Sequence record: DRR378314_1434
DNA: 20,000 nucleotides
Reading direction: 5' to 3' (one strand)
The notes under the pieces were generated by a model. That model ran no database searches. It saw nothing but the letters and a program-made list of their open reading frames with translations, and was not told where the DNA came from. The position numbers were made by a program, and so were the translations under genes. Below, in pieces: positions 16,461 through 20,000 of this stretch. Positions within the stretch are counted from its first letter, which is position 1; every line of letters starts with the position of its first letter.

Positions 16461-17081
16461 ATGACACTTTCGGCAAGCGATCTGGCATGTATTCGGCAGG
16501 AAAGATGTATCTTTCAGAATGTCGGCTTTTCCGTGAAGCCGGGCCGGATCTTGTGGGTAAAGGGCCCAAACGGGTCAGGAAAATCCACTTTGCTTCGGGT
16601 GCTGGCCTGTTTACTGAAACCTGCTGCGGGTGAATTTTACTGGCAGGGTTCAGATGTTGGGGAAGACCCGACCAACTATCAAAAAGATTTCTGTTACATC
16701 GGGCATCAGGATGCCTTGAAAGGTACGTTCTCGGCCCGTGAGAATTTAGACTTTTGGTCTCGCTATCGGGGCGCTGGCAATGTTGCGGAGGCCTTGTCTG
16801 CTTTTGAGTTGGAAAAGATTGCTGATCATCCGGCGCAAAGTCTGTCAGCAGGGCAGAAGAAGCGTTCCAACCTCGCCCGCTTATTGATTTCCGAGGCGCC
16901 TTTGTGGATTCTGGATGAGCCGATCAGTTCTCTGGATAGTTATTATATTGAGCTGTTTCGGAAGGTCTTGCAGGACCATTTGTCCAATGGCGGGATGGCT
17001 GTGTTGGCGACCCATCAGGATTTACACATGGGAACGGAAGATATCCTCGACATTTCTGCCTATGGCGGAGTGGCTCATTGA
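16461..17081 (+). CDS. ccmA: Heme export ABC ATPase CcmA
   Basis: Likely start ATG 16461 (MTLSASDLACIRQER); Walker A GPNGSGKST, YIGHQDALK, LSAGQKKR, WILDEP, ATHQ; followed by ccmB and ccmC. Confidence 0.95.
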   Translation: MTLSASDLACIRQERCIFQNVGFSVKPGRILWVKGPNGSGKSTLLRVLACLLKPAAGEFYWQGSDVGEDPTNYQKDFCYIGHQDALKGTFSARENLDFWSRYRGAGNVAEALSAFELEKIADHPAQSLSAGQKKRSNLARLLISEAPLWILDEPISSLDSYYIELFRKVLQDHLSNGGMAVLATHQDLHMGTEDILDISAYGGVAH

Positions 17082-17743
17082 CCGCGTTCTGGACATTGTT
17101 TAACAGGGATTTGAAGCTGGCTTATCGTCAGGGCAGTACAATTCCCATGACGCTGGCATTTTTTGTGATTGCAGTGACGTTGTTTCCGTTAGGGGTCGGG
17201 CCGGAGTTAAACATTCTGGCGCGGATTGCTCCTGGGGTTCTTTGGGTCGCTGCCTTGCTCGCGGGGTTGCTGACTTTGGATCGTTTGTATCAAGCGGATT
17301 ATGAAGATGGAACGCTGGAGCAGTTGATGCAGGGGCCTTTGCCAATTGAGCTAATGGTGCTTGCCAAAATAATCGCCCATTGGATTACATCCATCGTTCC
17401 GTTGATCTTGATCACACCAATTGTTGCAGTATCCCTTAATCTGACTGCAGACGGGATCTGGGTTATGGTCGTGTCGCTGCTGATCGGATCACCTGTGCTC
17501 AGTTTGATCGGATCGATCGGTGGCGCATTAACAGTGGCTATGAGGCGAGGCGGCGTTTTGTTGTCACTTCTGGTCTTGCCCTTATATATACCAGTACTTA
17601 TTTTTGGTGTTGCAGCGGTGGAGGCCGCGATCGGAATGTTACCGGTCGCGTCTCATCTGATGTTGTTGGGCGCATTGTCACTGGGTGCCTTGTTTGTCAG
17701 CCCGATTGCCTCTGCAGCGGCATTGAGACTGGCGGTCGAATAA
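17078..17743 (+). CDS. ccmB: Heme exporter permease CcmB
   Basis: LFPLGVGP, WVAALLA, DYEDGTLEQ, AKIIAHW, LLVLPLYIPVLIFG; TTG start overlaps the ccmA stop (TTGA). Confidence 0.96.
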   Translation: MTAFWTLFNRDLKLAYRQGSTIPMTLAFFVIAVTLFPLGVGPELNILARIAPGVLWVAALLAGLLTLDRLYQADYEDGTLEQLMQGPLPIELMVLAKIIAHWITSIVPLILITPIVAVSLNLTADGIWVMVVSLLIGSPVLSLIGSIGGALTVAMRRGGVLLSLLVLPLYIPVLIFGVAAVEAAIGMLPVASHLMLLGALSLGALFVSPIASAAALRLAVE

Positions 17744-17787
17744 AAAATGAAAAGCGTAATGACGAAGATAAGACAGGCAATTGGCTA

Positions 17788-18519
17788 ATGGCAGTGGATC
17801 TACATAAATTCGCAAATCCGGCGCGCTTTTTAAAAATTTCGGACGCAATTTTCCCTTGGATTACAGCCTTATCCGTGGTCCTGCTGGTGGCTGGCCTTTA
17901 TCTGGCTCTGTTCGCATCTCCTGAAGATTATCAGCAAGGCCATACGGTTCGCATCATGTTTGTCCATGTTCCCGCTGCCTGGATGTCCATGAGCATTTAC
18001 GTGATGATGGCTGTTGCCTCCGCTGTCGGTTTGATCTGGAAGCATCCAGTGGCTGACTTGTCGGCGAAAGCATCTGCGCCTATTGGGGCGTGTTTTACAT
18101 TTCTGGCGCTCGTAACCGGTGCGCTTTGGGGGCAGCCCATGTGGGGAACCTATTGGGTTTGGGATGCTCGACTGACCAGTATGCTGATCCTGTTTTTTCT
18201 GTATCTGGGATATATGGCCCTCTGGTCCAGTTTTGATGACCAGTCAAAAGCGGCTAAAGCTGCGGCAATTCTGGTTCTGGTTGGGGTTATTAATATCCCG
18301 ATTATCAAGTTTTCTGTTGATTGGTGGAACACCCTGCATCAGCCTGCAAGTGTCGCCACCATGGAAGGACCAAAGATCCATGGCTCCATCTTAACACCGT
18401 TACTGGTTATGGGAGGGGCCTATATGGCGCTTTTCGGGAGTTTGTTTATTGTGCGTGTGAAATCCGAGATTCTAGAGCGGCGGCTTCGGATGATGCAGCT
18501 TAACCGTTTGCAGGAATAA
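17788..18519 (+). CDS. ccmC: Heme exporter / heme-handling protein CcmC
   Basis: DYQQG..VRIMFVHVP, tryptophan-rich motif WGQPMWGTYWVWDARLT, SVDWWNTLHQ (both conserved His present). Confidence 0.97.
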   Translation: MAVDLHKFANPARFLKISDAIFPWITALSVVLLVAGLYLALFASPEDYQQGHTVRIMFVHVPAAWMSMSIYVMMAVASAVGLIWKHPVADLSAKASAPIGACFTFLALVTGALWGQPMWGTYWVWDARLTSMLILFFLYLGYMALWSSFDDQSKAAKAAAILVLVGVINIPIIKFSVDWWNTLHQPASVATMEGPKIHGSILTPLLVMGGAYMALFGSLFIVRVKSEILERRLRMMQLNRLQE

Positions 18520-18528
18520 CAGACGAGA

Positions 18529-18588
18529 GCGTCATTCTGACGCATTGTTCTGGCAAATCTTGGAAAATAGAACCGAACAGATTATATA
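18529..18588 (+). promoter_or_regulatory. Candidate internal promoter for ccmD and downstream genes with an upstream RegR/RegA/PrrA-like dyad
   Basis: Palindrome GCGTCA-TTC-TGACGC (18529-43; fits GCGNC-N5-GNCGC); TTGGAA(18560-65)-N17-TATATA(18583-88). Confidence 0.5.
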
Positions 18589-18623
18589 AGCAGCAGATAG
18601 AAAAGGCACGGGTCAGGGCTGGA

Positions 18624-18833
18624 ATGGATGGAACATTGAGTGAATTTCTGCACATGGGTGGCTATGCGGCTTTTATTTGGCCGTCATACGGTATCTCCGC
18701 CTTGGTACTTGTTCTCCTGACCTTTTTCAGTTTTCGCAAATTGCGCACAACAGAACGGTTGCTCAAGCCGCTTGAGCAAGAGCGGCAGCGGTCCCGTCAG
18801 CACAGACGCCAGGCGCGGGAGAAGGTCACATGA
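18624..18833 (+). CDS. ccmD: Heme exporter protein CcmD
   Basis: FLHMGGYAAFIWPSYG motif, one transmembrane helix, basic C-terminal tail; lies between ccmC and ccmE. Confidence 0.93.
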   Translation: MDGTLSEFLHMGGYAAFIWPSYGISALVLVLLTFFSFRKLRTTERLLKPLEQERQRSRQHRRQAREKVT

Positions 18834-19279
18834 CTCGCAAAAAACGCCGTTTATATATCGTGCTGTCTGGAATGGCTGTTCTGGGTCTTGCGGCCCTGTT
18901 AGTTCTGTCTTCCTTTGAGGAAAGTCTTGTTTTCTTTCATAGCCCTTCTGATCTGGCGGAGAAACAGGTTCCAGCGGGGCGCACCTTTCGTCTTGGTGGT
19001 CTTGTCGAGGAAGGTAGCTACGTGAAAGATGGAGTTGAAATTCGCTTTAGGGTCACGGATCTGGCTGAAAGCGTTGAAGTTCATTTTCGCGGTCTGGTGC
19101 CGGATCTGTTTCGGGAAGGTCAGGGCGTGGTTACCGAAGGCCAGTTGGATGAGAACGGGATTTTCAGGGCAACAAACGTATTGGCTAAGCATGATGAAAA
19201 CTATATGCCGCCAGAGGTAGCTGAGAGTCTGAAAGAACAAGGTCACTGGCAAGAGAAAGAGGCGGGGAATGACAGCTGA
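18830..19279 (+). CDS. ccmE: Heme chaperone CcmE
   Basis: N-terminal membrane anchor, [17 protein letters not shown] and heme-binding [17 protein letters not shown] overlap with ccmD. Confidence 0.97.
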   Translation: MTRKKRRLYIVLSGMAVLGLAALLVLSSFEESLVFFHSPSDLAEKQVPAGRTFRLGGLVEEGSYVKDGVEIRFRVTDLAESVEVHFRGLVPDLFREGQGVVTEGQLDENGIFRATNVLAKHDENYMPPEVAESLKEQGHWQEKEAGNDS

Positions 19280-20000
19280 GCTAGGTCAGTTTGGCCTGAT
19301 CCTGGCACTGATCGTAGCGGTGCTGCAAGGCACTGTGCCTTTGATCGGTGCTGCCCGCCACAATCTGCCGATGATGAATTTTGGATTTAGTTCGGCGTTT
19401 GTTCAGTTTTTGGCTGTGACGCTTAGTTTTGTTGCGCTAACCATTGCATATCTGGATAGCGATTTTTCGGTATCGAACGTTGCGGAAAATTCACATTCCC
19501 TAAAGCCACTTCTTTATAAAATCAGTGGTGTTTGGGGAAACCATGAAGGGTCTCTTTTGTTGTGGGCCTGGATATTGGCGTTGTTTGGGTTTGCCGTTGC
19601 GTTGTTTGGCCGTTATTTGCCGGCAACCTTAAAAGCCCGCGTGTTGTCCGTGCAGGGACTGATCGGTGTCGGGTTTTTACTGTTTATTCTGTTTACCTCA
19701 AATCCATTTGAGCGACTGGATCCCGCACCCTTTGAAGGGCGGGGTTTGAACCCGTTGCTGCAGGACCCGGGATTGGCATTTCACCCACCATTCCTTTATC
19801 TGGGGTATGTGGGGTTGTCAGTTACCTTCTCCTTTGCGATTGCGGCATTAATAGAGGGTAAGGTGGATCCTGCTTGGGCCCGCTGGGTCCGGCCCTGGAC
19901 GTTAGCCGCCTGGGCGTTTCTAACTCTTGGAATCGCACTTGGGTCGTGGTGGGCTTATTATGAACTGGGTTGGGGCGGCTGGTGGTTCTGGGATCCGGTT
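19269..20000 (+). CDS. ccmF: Cytochrome c heme lyase subunit CcmF, 3'-truncated by the window edge (absent from the ORF track)
   Basis: ATG 19269 overlaps the end of ccm[15 protein letters not shown]..., [69 protein letters not shown]. Confidence 0.97.
   Translation, partial: MTAELGQFGLILALIVAVLQGTVPLIGAARHNLPMMNFGFSSAFVQFLAVTLSFVALTIAYLDSDFSVSNVAENSHSLKPLLYKISGVWGNHEGSLLLWAWILALFGFAVALFGRYLPATLKARVLSVQGLIGVGFLLFILFTSNPFERLDPAPFEGRGLNPLLQDPGLAFHPPFLYLGYVGLSVTFSFAIAALIEGKVDPAWARWVRPWTLAAWAFLTLGIALGSWWAYYELGWGGWWFWDPV

Noticed and set aside
1..20000. Mobile elements, CRISPR arrays, RNA genes or defence systems
   Set aside because: I saw no transposase, integrase or nuclease motifs, no regularly spaced repeats and no tRNA/rRNA-like sequence.

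Overview
Bacterial chromosomal window of roughly 50% GC, most likely an alphaproteobacterium (inferred from the protein sequences and the acnA/ccm neighbourhood). From left to right it holds: the 3' part of htpG (Hsp90) with its terminator; an uncharacterised lipoprotein overlapping a small helical-protein gene; a minus-strand block (NUDT19-type Nudix hydrolase, DUF1223 thioredoxin-like exported protein, aconitase acnA with a TTG start); an 883-bp divergent intergenic region with a very AT-rich core and a structured leader; a seven-gene cassette (long-chain acyl-CoA synthetase, HAAT/Liv-type ABC transporter, PaaK-like adenylate-forming protein with a non-canonical P-loop); and the System I cytochrome c maturation genes ccmABCDE plus the 5' part of ccmF. 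I see no rRNA, tRNA, CRISPR array, transposase or integrase. Most content is housekeeping. The best candidates for novelty are the orphan lipoprotein/helical-protein pair, the two-ligase uptake cassette lying between acnA and ccmA, and several non-coding elements: a RegR/PrrA-like box with an internal promoter before ccmD, a terminator overlapping a possible promoter before ccmA, and long hairpins next to ribosome-binding sites.
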